Of a stretch of DNA of 50,810 nucleotides, positions 28,301 to 35,860 are shown piece by piece. Made by a program: the position numbers and the translations under genes. Source of the DNA: Spirochaetales bacterium (GTDB lineage Bacteria > Spirochaetota > Spirochaetia > JABEVK01). The notes under the pieces were generated by a model. That model was not told the DNA's origin and did not search any database. It saw nothing but the letters and a program-made list of their open reading frames with translations. The stretch lies in contig DAIDJJ010000001.1 of NCBI GenBank assembly GCA_027451385.1, positions 1 through 50,810 of the forward strand, in the 5' to 3' direction. The number at the start of each line of letters is the position of its first letter. The first letter of the stretch is position 1.

Positions 28301-30193
28301 TCCCCGATTCAAGTCCGTCGCTGTAAAAGTCGGGATACTTGGGGTGTAAGTCGAAGTTAGGGTTTGGGGGGCTTCGGCCGGACGTAGGGTTTGACTGCTG
28401 AGGTTGGCGGTGGTCCCTTGCGAATTTAACCCCGCTAATTCCCGGTAACCCGTACTATCAGCCAGGACGGCAGCTCCCGTGGTGTTGACCAGCCAACCCC
28501 AGTCACCACTATGCCCTTTCCATTCCAGCGCACTGGCAATCGTCCCGGGGGCTTGCGAGTCTTGGGTGGTAAACCGGTTTTGTTGCAGGTTCCACTGAAA
28601 ACTTTCCGACGCTTCAAGGCTTTGGTTGGGGGTTAAATCCCAATGGTTGCCCTGGTACAGGCGCAAATCGGTAGGCGTAGAGTATTGATTTGCCGTCTGG
28701 TAGGTTACGACAATTTGATCCGAGTCGTACAAAGGGAGGCCCAAGTTCAGGGTTCCAGTATTCGGGTCATAAACTGCTCCGGGAACACTTTGTCCATTTC
28801 GGGTCACGACAACGCTGCCAGGTAAGATACCCGTTCCCAAATTGATCGAGTTAGAAACGGTCTGCGTGGCGTAAGACGTAACTTGAATTTCTAGATTGAG
28901 AGCGGCTCCTTGGGGTGTCATCGAAGGATTGGGTTTATACAAATCTCCTGGTGATGAGGTAGCATTCAAAAAAGGAAAATTGGTAAAGGACCCTGAGGTA
29001 CTTGTTAGAGTAAAGTAATCTTGCCCAGGAATCCATGAGAACGAATAACCGGTGAGGGCTGTTACAGAATCTTTATTGGTCACTGAAAAAAATGCGTTGG
29101 CTTGAGTTCCCGCCGGTAAGGGATAGGTATTTTTATTTTCAAAGGGAGAGTACGTGCCTGGAAGATAAAGAACGTACCAATATCCGCTCAACCCGGGAAG
29201 ACTCAAACCTTGATAGGTTTGCTGTGAAATGGGATCAAGAAAACTTGATCCTGCTCCTGACCAGGTAACCAACAAAATTTTTGTGCTGGGGGAAGCGAGT
29301 TGAATCAACCCATGCGTCCCGTCAACAAAAACTTCTGCAGACGTGGCGGCACGGACGTGAAGCCCGGTTAACGAAGACCGCCAACCGGGATCTTGGGCGG
29401 GAACCGAAGGGATGACAGTACTACCGGCTGGGTCTTGAATCATTACGGAAATGTTTGTAGGCAAAGCCGTAGAAGGGAGGCTAAAGAAACGGCCATGTAT
29501 CCACTCTGAGGGGTCAAGAACGGCAGTATTAGCTTCACGCGAGCCATAAAAAACTTTAGTTATCGTGTTATTGTCTTCATAACGAGCTAAAAAATCATGA
29601 ACAGACGAAGGGGTACCCAGTTCAAACGCTAAAGCCGGGTTGCCCTGCTGACCTGCCGGTACAGGGAGTTCGGCTCGCGACGGAACACTAATGGCAGTAC
29701 TGCCCAATTTGGCCCAACGAAACAGCTCGTTTTCTTGCCCCAGGTAACCGAGTAGGAAAGTATTGTTGGTAAAAGCCCCATGGTAACCAAGTTGAAAGTA
29801 GTAACGGTGTAAAAGCCACAAGGTCAGGTCAAAATCCGGGATCTGTTGAAAGATAAAGCCTTGGTCATAGCCGGGATAGCCCATGAACGGTGCTGTGCCT
29901 TGTGACGAAAAACCAGCTCCCCAGCCAAAACCTAAGTGTTCTGTCCAGGTTCCCAGAGCCGTAGCTTGAAAATCTGCACTGCCCAATTGTGTTTGAAACA
30001 AACTCGCAGGTGCTTCCGGAAGGAGTTGAGAGGGAGAGGGGGTGGGGACTTGAGCGGAAAGCGAAAATGGTGTGACAAGGCCTGCACAGAGACCTAAGAT
30101 TTGAGCAAAACGCTTACACGTCTTCGCGGGGAAACAGATACAGATCTTTGATCCTGTAGCTTTCTGTTGTATTGACGAAGTCCACAAAGTCAT
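25379..30193 (-). CDS. giant (about 1,600 aa) outer-membrane protein, no domain recognised
   Basis: Signal-like segment KRFAQILGLCAGLVTPFSLSA/QVP. The composition is rich in Ser/Thr/Gly/Trp. The C-terminus LVGLEATLDMKLSF has alternating hydrophobic residues and a terminal Phe, typical of an OMP beta-signal. The start codon is problematic (see findings). Confidence 0.8.
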   Translation of the reverse strand: MTLWTSSIQQKATGSKICICFPAKTCKRFAQILGLCAGLVTPFSLSAQVPTPSPSQLLPEAPASLFQTQLGSADFQATALGTWTEHLGFGWGAGFSSQGTAPFMGYPGYDQGFIFQQIPDFDLTLWLLHRYYFQLGYHGAFTNNTFLLGYLGQENELFRWAKLGSTAISVPSRAELPVPAGQQGNPALAFELGTPSSVHDFLARYEDNNTITKVFYGSREANTAVLDPSEWIHGRFFSLPSTALPTNISVMIQDPAGSTVIPSVPAQDPGWRSSLTGLHVRAATSAEVFVDGTHGLIQLASPSTKILLVTWSGAGSSFLDPISQQTYQGLSLPGLSGYWYVLYLPGTYSPFENKNTYPLPAGTQANAFFSVTNKDSVTALTGYSFSWIPGQDYFTLTSTSGSFTNFPFLNATSSPGDLYKPNPSMTPQGAALNLEIQVTSYATQTVSNSINLGTGILPGSVVVTRNGQSVPGAVYDPNTGTLNLGLPLYDSDQIVVTYQTANQYSTPTDLRLYQGNHWDLTPNQSLEASESFQWNLQQNRFTTQDSQAPGTIASALEWKGHSGDWGWLVNTTGAAVLADSTGYRELAGLNSQGTTANLSSQTLRPAEAPQTLTSTYTPSIPTFTATDLNRGALLYRDYWSLDPLSGAMVLGNGGSPGNENPNAPLVPYGSNGWTGPYLMLGYETRTDRVLSLESQLGANQWAGAQVVFDRGVPRDLSGTEAIRLDICLPDTLPAGTRVFFQAGSVGEDIDGTGSVAQTTGGTRPGMTFYDQTRGETVDYPLPEGSTWTNDGNGDGVLSRDGALLTRELTPLLSGSDGVQGGGDPSGALSLTSTSWQELTLRLTDTERALLRSAGGWRLVIVNPGSAWSTSARVLAESAEFEGSVFAPQTTSGTSGTTVREIPETSELQQAPQPLESLFPEISNRFNASALNIQVMELLSASDYSLIATISPFRSQVWGQLVFYYRYASGNPGTVTFTAADPSGRGLSVSWNPVAGPTTNWHKAVIDLKALTLQVDGVTQGTVHLDSSASDWDHLTLSSSGSQGVTAYFAEIHAEDPLWELKGTVRASGSWHQPHAWKVQEVSLVSGTQVTATTTTSGSTAAEPTWSGESDVVTTVLGSRWNVQTTMAATPGASQLHGAYDASLPLGPLVLSEKFSDYGSRLEEAQLNLPDWGNLAITASALGPPVRLEQNYQASWSRWFAPLLPLTDGLTAQLNWHEIRNTELTLAPFAQQWVDSWDWLRWRTDVPDFSQALASWSWVELPSLESRPWGWNLQLNLETDQTQGSPWLAGPKTSWSAGWPFLLTLWGTPWKFTPSVARSLTLTDQNTSGMTTPELLQASWAQLGSVSPGLFSLPFSEMFTDNALAGQTASLSSGALESDAELNLNRPGTFTAWDLLWPLQADVKFLNRQSRQLSSLLTYQQTQLTLSSQANNLFGREGVDPLALWYETDQWSWNLQSSVSTGSQATDQNTQIAATVLPKVYLTSRENLQLPVKFTAQWSQTSLTTLEVTPAWDIQLPAHLPFKFPDWFSAPDFPRTIEHQLSLDILVGSGTVPSPLLQKLEAVYAAILTVSRASSLTLTLKWGNQWNEYQYLVGLEATLDMKLSF

Positions 30194-30812
30194 TCTCCGC
30201 AGTCAGAGTCAGTTCTACCACATAATGAAGGGGTTCAAAACGAGGATCTTCAACGGCGAGTTCAAACTTGAAAATCCTGAGGTTTTCACCTGGTTCTGCA
30301 CGAACAGGACGAGGCCAGAATAAGTACGTTCCTGCGGTATTCGCAATCAATTGATAAGGATTTTGCCAGTTGGGATCTATGACCTGAACCAATTGACCGT
30401 CCGCCAAAAGACTGACACTAAGATCATGAACTGGGGAAAAATTCGATCCATCCAAAAGCCGCCCAATGATCGAAGGAAAGTTAAAAAACAACCCTTCGTG
30501 GTCTTCGACGGGGAATTCTTGCGGACGTTCACGCCGTCGTGAAGCCACAACTTCCATACCCTCTTTAACTAAACGGGTCACATCGGCCAGCTTTTGTAAT
30601 TTTTCTTGGTAGTCAAGGGTTTCGTTATAAGCCAACCCGCGCCCTGAGACGACATATTGGGGGGAAATCCGATTGAGGACATAGCAGACCACATCCAACT
30701 TAGCACCGGTTTGTTCACCCGCAGACCACGTGGCAAAGGCTGAACTGGTTGGCAACATTTCTTCGACTTTCTGAATGACGAGGTCTTTCATCAGATTATG
30801 GATGCGCATCAA
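30114..30812 (-). CDS. ComFB-domain protein fused to a beta-sandwich-like C-terminal domain
   Basis: The N-terminus (NLMKDLVIQKVEEML...VVCYVLNRISPQYVVSGRG) fits the ComFB-family pattern. The C-terminal ~140 aa (GRLLDGSNFSPVHDLSVSLLADGQLV) look like a carboxypeptidase-regulatory-type fold. SD aggag lies upstream. Confidence 0.7.
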   Translation of the reverse strand: MMRIHNLMKDLVIQKVEEMLPTSSAFATWSAGEQTGAKLDVVCYVLNRISPQYVVSGRGLAYNETLDYQEKLQKLADVTRLVKEGMEVVASRRRERPQEFPVEDHEGLFFNFPSIIGRLLDGSNFSPVHDLSVSLLADGQLVQVIDPNWQNPYQLIANTAGTYLFWPRPVRAEPGENLRIFKFELAVEDPRFEPLHYVVELTLTAENDFVDFVNTTESYRIKDLYLFPREDV

Positions 30813-30883
30813 TCACTCCTGTGTTGAGTGTAAGGTCTGGCGTAAAACAGTGCAAGGAAAAGCGTCCTTTCCTTTTTTCTTCT

Positions 30884-32161
30884 TTACACAAAAAAACTTT
30901 GGGCATTGCGGATGCGTCCTTTTAATCGTTCAGGACCGATCAATCTCAGTCGTTTCAGGTGGGTTGTAAAACCATGGACGACGGTTTTATCAAAAACAGT
31001 ACCCGCGTCAGGAAAGGGAGTTGCGCGACCGTCTTTCAAAATCGGTAAGTCTACGTCAAAAGAAACTGAGTGCGGCACATCGATGGTGAGATCTTCTGGA
31101 TCCAGCTTTTCACCCGTTTGTCGTTCGATTTCACGTCGAATTTCTTCTTCTGTGTCGTCTTTTTCTTTTGTTGTCGCCAAGCGTTGAGCAAAAAGGGCAT
31201 TTTCATCCCAAGATTGTTCCCATAAGGTAATGTAACGTCCGGGTTGTTCTGCCAAAGGAATTTTTTGCAGAGCCCGATGGGGCATTCCCGACATTTTGGC
31301 GGCAAAACTCACATCATCTTCATTAACCAAATCGGCAGGTTTCAGCACTCCTTCTTGAAGGGCTAAATGCAGGGACTTTTTAATCATGGCAGAGGGAGAT
31401 CGAACTCCTTTATGCCAATAGACGGACTTGTACATCAGGTACTTGGAAAACAACAAGTGTTCAACGGAAAGAATACCCTTGGGCGAAAGTCCAATTCCGA
31501 ATTCCCGATGGGGAAGTATCTGACTAACAATAAAATCTGCATCCTGAATTCCATAGGGCACCCCACAGAAATAGGCATCACGGTTTAAATAGTCCAACTT
31601 GTCCGGATCTAAGACTCCAGACAAAAGACGTCGAAAGAAATTTAATTGTTCAGAAGCAGGGGCATAGGTCAACCGATGGTCAATTATGGCGGCAACAAAG
31701 GCGGGGTCTGTTCCCACTTCCTGTTGAATTAATGGTCTTAACGGTTCAGCAAGAACAGCTTGAGCCGAAAGCTGTTCATGTCGGGGCATGTTTAGACCAT
31801 CTTCCAAAGTATGGGCATAGGGAAAATGCCCCAAATCGTGAAACAAAGCCGCACATAAAAAAGCTTGAACACCCTCCAAAGTCAGGTGTCCCGGATAGGC
31901 CGGGGAACGGACCAAGGTTTGAATGATGCGCTTCGCCAGGTGAAAAACTCCAAGGCTGTGATTGGCGCGGGTATGCGTCGCTCCCGGATAGACCTGGACA
32001 GCCAAGCCCAGTTGCCTTAAACGTCCCAAGCGTACAAAGGGGGAGAGGTGAAGTGTCCTTTCAAGGGCAGGAGTTAAATAAATATGTTTCCACAGGGGGT
32101 CCCGTACGGGACGAATAAAATCATTTTCAAGGTGATGAAGGATAGATTGAGTCTCGTTCAC
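30884..32161 (-). CDS. HD-domain phosphohydrolase (dNTP triphosphohydrolase/SAMHD1-like family)
   Basis: HTRANHSLGVFHLAKRI and LFHDLGHFPYAH metal motifs, then DKLDYLNRDAYFCG. GTG start. Confidence 0.85.
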   Translation of the reverse strand: MNETQSILHHLENDFIRPVRDPLWKHIYLTPALERTLHLSPFVRLGRLRQLGLAVQVYPGATHTRANHSLGVFHLAKRIIQTLVRSPAYPGHLTLEGVQAFLCAALFHDLGHFPYAHTLEDGLNMPRHEQLSAQAVLAEPLRPLIQQEVGTDPAFVAAIIDHRLTYAPASEQLNFFRRLLSGVLDPDKLDYLNRDAYFCGVPYGIQDADFIVSQILPHREFGIGLSPKGILSVEHLLFSKYLMYKSVYWHKGVRSPSAMIKKSLHLALQEGVLKPADLVNEDDVSFAAKMSGMPHRALQKIPLAEQPGRYITLWEQSWDENALFAQRLATTKEKDDTEEEIRREIERQTGEKLDPEDLTIDVPHSVSFDVDLPILKDGRATPFPDAGTVFDKTVVHGFTTHLKRLRLIGPERLKGRIRNAQSFFV

Positions 32162-32212
32162 ACAAAGATATTAGGAGCTTCTGGACGCACTGTCCAGACA
32201 TAAGCTAGGCTG

Positions 32213-32884
32213 ATGTCTGTGAGAACTCTGGTCTTTTTTGCCTTACTGTTCAGTCTCTTGGTTGCGTGCATGCCTCAAAAGGCAAAAACTTCCCCCGGCG
32301 TGGGGAAAGCAACACCTGCTGTATCTCCTTCTGGCAAAGTTCTACCACCTCCTACGAGCAAGCCGCCTCAACCGCAAGCTCCACCTGTGAAGTCCTCGGT
32401 TTCAGCTTTTGATAAACTTCTCAGTGGAAAAGAATTTCTTTTAGAAGTGCGAAATCCCGACATCATTCCCCCAGAACAAGATGAAGTTCTGGGACCACTA
32501 GCAGATCTTTCAGACCCAGCCGCTAGGACCGCCGAACATTTTCTAGCGGCTCTAGTTCAGGGAAAAGTCCTTCAAGAAAGTCTGGATCCTTCCTGGGCTT
32601 CTTACCTCACAACTGTGCTCGAAGCTGAACTCAAGCAAGCCGGGAAGTTGACCAACTTTCGCTTAGGAGCTTGGGAGCCTTCGTTAGGTTCAGAAGAAAA
32701 GAGGGCTCCTTTTTGGCTTGAGGGAAAAGGGCGGGCCTTTGGAACCATTTATGTCCTACATACTGAGCAAGGGTGGAAAGTATCAGATGTTCAGGGGGAC
32801 TTACGAAAAGCCAGTGAGCCGTATAAAAAACCAGAGTTTAGTGCTACCCAGGGGCTCGAAAAGAACCCCTGGCGAATTTACTAG
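32213..32884 (+). CDS. lipoprotein of unknown function
   Basis: Signal peptide with lipobox (LLFSLLVAC), followed by a Pro-rich linker. Confidence 0.7.
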   Translation: MSVRTLVFFALLFSLLVACMPQKAKTSPGVGKATPAVSPSGKVLPPPTSKPPQPQAPPVKSSVSAFDKLLSGKEFLLEVRNPDIIPPEQDEVLGPLADLSDPAARTAEHFLAALVQGKVLQESLDPSWASYLTTVLEAELKQAGKLTNFRLGAWEPSLGSEEKRAPFWLEGKGRAFGTIYVLHTEQGWKVSDVQGDLRKASEPYKKPEFSATQGLEKNPWRIY

Positions 32885-32887
32885 AGA

Positions 32888-33442
32888 TTATTTGCCGATT
32901 TCTACACTGACGCGGCGTTGTGGAAAGGTCTTACCGACAGCAACGGCATTTCGTTTGGCATTGTAGACTACGCCATCGTTCCAATATTCTACAGCAGCAA
33001 ACATGGCATTACCCCCGTCATGTTCATCACTTTTCTGAGTGCGGAACGAAACAAAGTTGCCTAATTCGTCAAAGTTTTGATCTTGAAAAAGTTGTAGGCG
33101 TTTGCGGTTGAAAGAATTCCATTCTTCAATCCCTTGAAAGCCTTCACCTTCGTCTTGAACAATCAAATGGGCATGAGTGGTCGAAAAGGAATACCAAATT
33201 CGAATCTTTTTATCGGGATTATTTCGGTTACCGTGTTTAACGGCGTTTTTAATGATTTCACTAATCTGCTGCTCCAAAAGGTTAATTTCTTTGATTTCGG
33301 GAGGAGCCTTTTGGACAATCAGTAGGGTGAAATAACGGATTTGACGGAAATCGGAGGGAAACTCCTTATTGAACATTCCCGTCTTATCAAACAAGGGATG
33401 ATTTTCATTGACTAGAATTTCTTTCAGTTGTTCTTGGGACAT
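32888..33442 (-). CDS. anti-sigma-type serine kinase (RsbW/SpoIIAB-like HATPase_c)
   Basis: N-box IIKNAVKHGN and G1 box VQDEGEGF. It lies immediately downstream of a STAS gene. Confidence 0.85.
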   Translation of the reverse strand: MSQEQLKEILVNENHPLFDKTGMFNKEFPSDFRQIRYFTLLIVQKAPPEIKEINLLEQQISEIIKNAVKHGNRNNPDKKIRIWYSFSTTHAHLIVQDEGEGFQGIEEWNSFNRKRLQLFQDQNFDELGNFVSFRTQKSDEHDGGNAMFAAVEYWNDGVVYNAKRNAVAVGKTFPQRRVSVEIGK

Positions 33443-33454
33443 GGGTTTCTCCTC

Positions 33455-33796
33455 TTATTCCGCCGCGATTTTTTGAATAGCTTCGTCGACTGTTCCCGCG
33501 ATAGGGAAATAGCCCATGAGCTTGGTCAGTTCAATGACCTTTTTCACCGAGCCATGAATGTTGCAAATGACCAGTTTTAGATTCATTTTTTTGATGGTGG
33601 AACAAATGTAGATTAACGCCCCGATTCCTGAGGAATCGATATAGTCAACGTTTTCCATATTGATGACAAATTGCTCGACCTTCTTTTCAAGCATTTTCAT
33701 CACCAATTCTTTCAACCTATAGGAATTATAAAGATCCATTTCGCCGTTGACGTCGATGATGTAGGTTTCTGCACTCTTCCTGATCTTTAAATCCAT
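33455..33796 (-). CDS. STAS-domain anti-sigma-factor antagonist (RsbV/SpoIIAA-like)
   Basis: 113 aa. NVDYIDSSGIGALI contains the conserved phosphorylatable Ser. Confidence 0.9.
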   Translation of the reverse strand: MDLKIRKSAETYIIDVNGEMDLYNSYRLKELVMKMLEKKVEQFVINMENVDYIDSSGIGALIYICSTIKKMNLKLVICNIHGSVKKVIELTKLMGYFPIAGTVDEAIQKIAAE

Positions 33797-33809
33797 CGTC
33801 TACCCCTTT

Positions 33810-35783
33810 TTAGTGTTCCACTCTCATCAAGACAAAGGTCTCGTCGTCATGCTGCTTGGCTTTACCCACAAACCCTTCCAAGTCCGCTATGATCAGCTTT
33901 TTCAGCTTTTCAGGCGATTCCTGGTGGTGTTGGCGAATAACGTCTTGCAACGATTCTAACGAATACTGCTGTCCTTTTTCATTCATGGCTTCAATGATGC
34001 CATCCGTGTAAAGGACAATCAGATCTCCTTTTCTTAAGACCGTGTTAATTTGATTATAGCGGGTTTTCCGTTCCAATCCAATAGGAATTCCTTCAGTATC
34101 TAAAGTTTCAAAATCATCCTGTTCAGCCCGATAGATTAAAAGCGGGTGGTGAGCAGCGTTTGAATACTCTAACTGATGAGAAGTAAAGTCATAACTCAAC
34201 ATGGCAACGGTGGCAAAACGGTCCAAACTGACTCGACCGGCAATGCCCCAGTTCACAATATCGAGGATTCGGCTGACCGTCATGTGAGGTTGACGAGCCA
34301 CCAAATGGGTAATTGTTCGAATCATGACCATGACCAAACTGGCAGGGATACCCTTTCCTGCCACATCGCAAACCGTTAAAAGAATCTGACCCTTTCGAAT
34401 ATTAATAATATCATAGTAGTCCCCAGATACCCCTTTAGCTGGTTGCGAGAAGGCTGCCAAAGAAATACTGGATACGCGAGGTAAGTGTGAGGGCAAAAGT
34501 TGGCCTTGAATTTCGGCGGCTATGCCTAAATCTCGTTCCATCTCTTGTTTTTCTAAGAGCTGAAGGTAAGTGTAGAGGCTATTGATCGTTAAAGACGTAT
34601 AGTCTCCAAAAGTTTTGATTTGACCCAAGATTTCTCTGGTAAAGAGGTGATTGCTCTTTCGTGAGGCAATAGCCAAAACACCAAAAACTTTTTTTCCTTG
34701 CATTAAGGGGGTTAAAATCAACGAGGCAATGTAAATTTGGTCCATACGGGAGTTATGAACCATTCGGGGGTCCAATTTGGAATCCCGGACATAAATTGGT
34801 TTGCCTGTAGCGGCACACTCTCCAACAATGGTCTCACCCAGGGGAATGGGGGTAGATTTAAAGAAATTTTCCAGGTTATTGGCTTTTAACTTAACCTTAG
34901 CAGGAACGTCATAAGGCGGGGGAAAATCTCCTTCAACAGCCTTCACCCTCAGAACATCATCAAATTCATCGACTAAAAAGATCGCGCCGCCATCCGCATT
35001 GGCCGTCTTCACAGCCGAGTGAACGACAAAATCTAGAACCCGGTCAATGTCGAGCTTTTCGGCAATAGCGTTGCCAATTCGCGTCATGAACTCGTACTGA
35101 GAGTTCATGTTTTTTTCCATTAAGTCCCGTTGATGAGACATACGGGCATAGGCTCGGCGGTGCCAAAAGGTAAGGGTCCATAAATAGACCAGACTGGTCA
35201 GGGGCATGAGAAGCATTTGAACCAGAGGTAATTGATAGCCTCCAAACGGCACCAGGATGAGTATGATGGCGTGAATCCAAACGGTTAATTTGATCAGAGT
35301 TCCCCGTGCGTTGAGTAATACTCCAGCTTTGGGGGTGTTGTACTGAGAAACTTCATAGTAATGATAAGCAACATAGCTCCAGTTGGTGACAATCAAAGCA
35401 GATTCCCAAAAATGGAAATACCAAGCTCCCTGCAAGGCGGCAAAAGTCACAGAGACGAGAAAACCTATGGCGTTAAGTAGAAGAATCCAAACGGTATAAT
35501 AATTTTTTTTCGTATAGCGGCTTAAAATTTTCAGAAAGAGACCCGCTGAAAGGGCTTGAATCCCTAAGGTGACAGGAAGTTGGTAAGCCGAAATTCCTGA
35601 AAGTCCCAAGACCGCGAAAAGAACACTGCCAAAGAACACAACGAGAATGAGCTGTTGTACCTCACTCTTAATGACAACCTTTTTACTAAGGGTTAAGTTC
35701 CGTAAAGTGAGGTAGAGCGCTAGGAGTGCAAGGATTTGGGCCCATAGCGGATTGAATATAAGGTTTTGCATGATGTCTGCCAT
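33810..35783 (-). CDS. polytopic membrane sensor - GAF - PP2C (SpoIIE/RsbU-like) phosphatase
   Basis: About 8 N-terminal TM helices, a GAF-like segment and PP2C motifs GVSGDYYD, VCDVAGKGIPASL, LYTDGIIEA and DDETFVLMRV. I prefer the ATG at 35783. The ORF track extends to TTG 35828. Confidence 0.9.
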   Translation of the reverse strand: MADIMQNLIFNPLWAQILALLALYLTLRNLTLSKKVVIKSEVQQLILVVFFGSVLFAVLGLSGISAYQLPVTLGIQALSAGLFLKILSRYTKKNYYTVWILLLNAIGFLVSVTFAALQGAWYFHFWESALIVTNWSYVAYHYYEVSQYNTPKAGVLLNARGTLIKLTVWIHAIILILVPFGGYQLPLVQMLLMPLTSLVYLWTLTFWHRRAYARMSHQRDLMEKNMNSQYEFMTRIGNAIAEKLDIDRVLDFVVHSAVKTANADGGAIFLVDEFDDVLRVKAVEGDFPPPYDVPAKVKLKANNLENFFKSTPIPLGETIVGECAATGKPIYVRDSKLDPRMVHNSRMDQIYIASLILTPLMQGKKVFGVLAIASRKSNHLFTREILGQIKTFGDYTSLTINSLYTYLQLLEKQEMERDLGIAAEIQGQLLPSHLPRVSSISLAAFSQPAKGVSGDYYDIINIRKGQILLTVCDVAGKGIPASLVMVMIRTITHLVARQPHMTVSRILDIVNWGIAGRVSLDRFATVAMLSYDFTSHQLEYSNAAHHPLLIYRAEQDDFETLDTEGIPIGLERKTRYNQINTVLRKGDLIVLYTDGIIEAMNEKGQQYSLESLQDVIRQHHQESPEKLKKLIIADLEGFVGKAKQHDDETFVLMRVEH

Positions 35784-35860
35784 AGGCTTTCTAAACCAAA
35801 TTCTAACCTTGCCTGTGAAATCCGTCAAGCATAGCTTTTTTTATCCCGAAAATCTTACAT

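Noticed and set aside
30854-30874. Hairpin aaggaaa-N7-tttcctt between the HD and ComFB genes as a terminator.
   Set aside because: It is a 7-bp AT-rich stem of low stability. Its T-run is on the plus strand while the flanking genes are on the minus strand.
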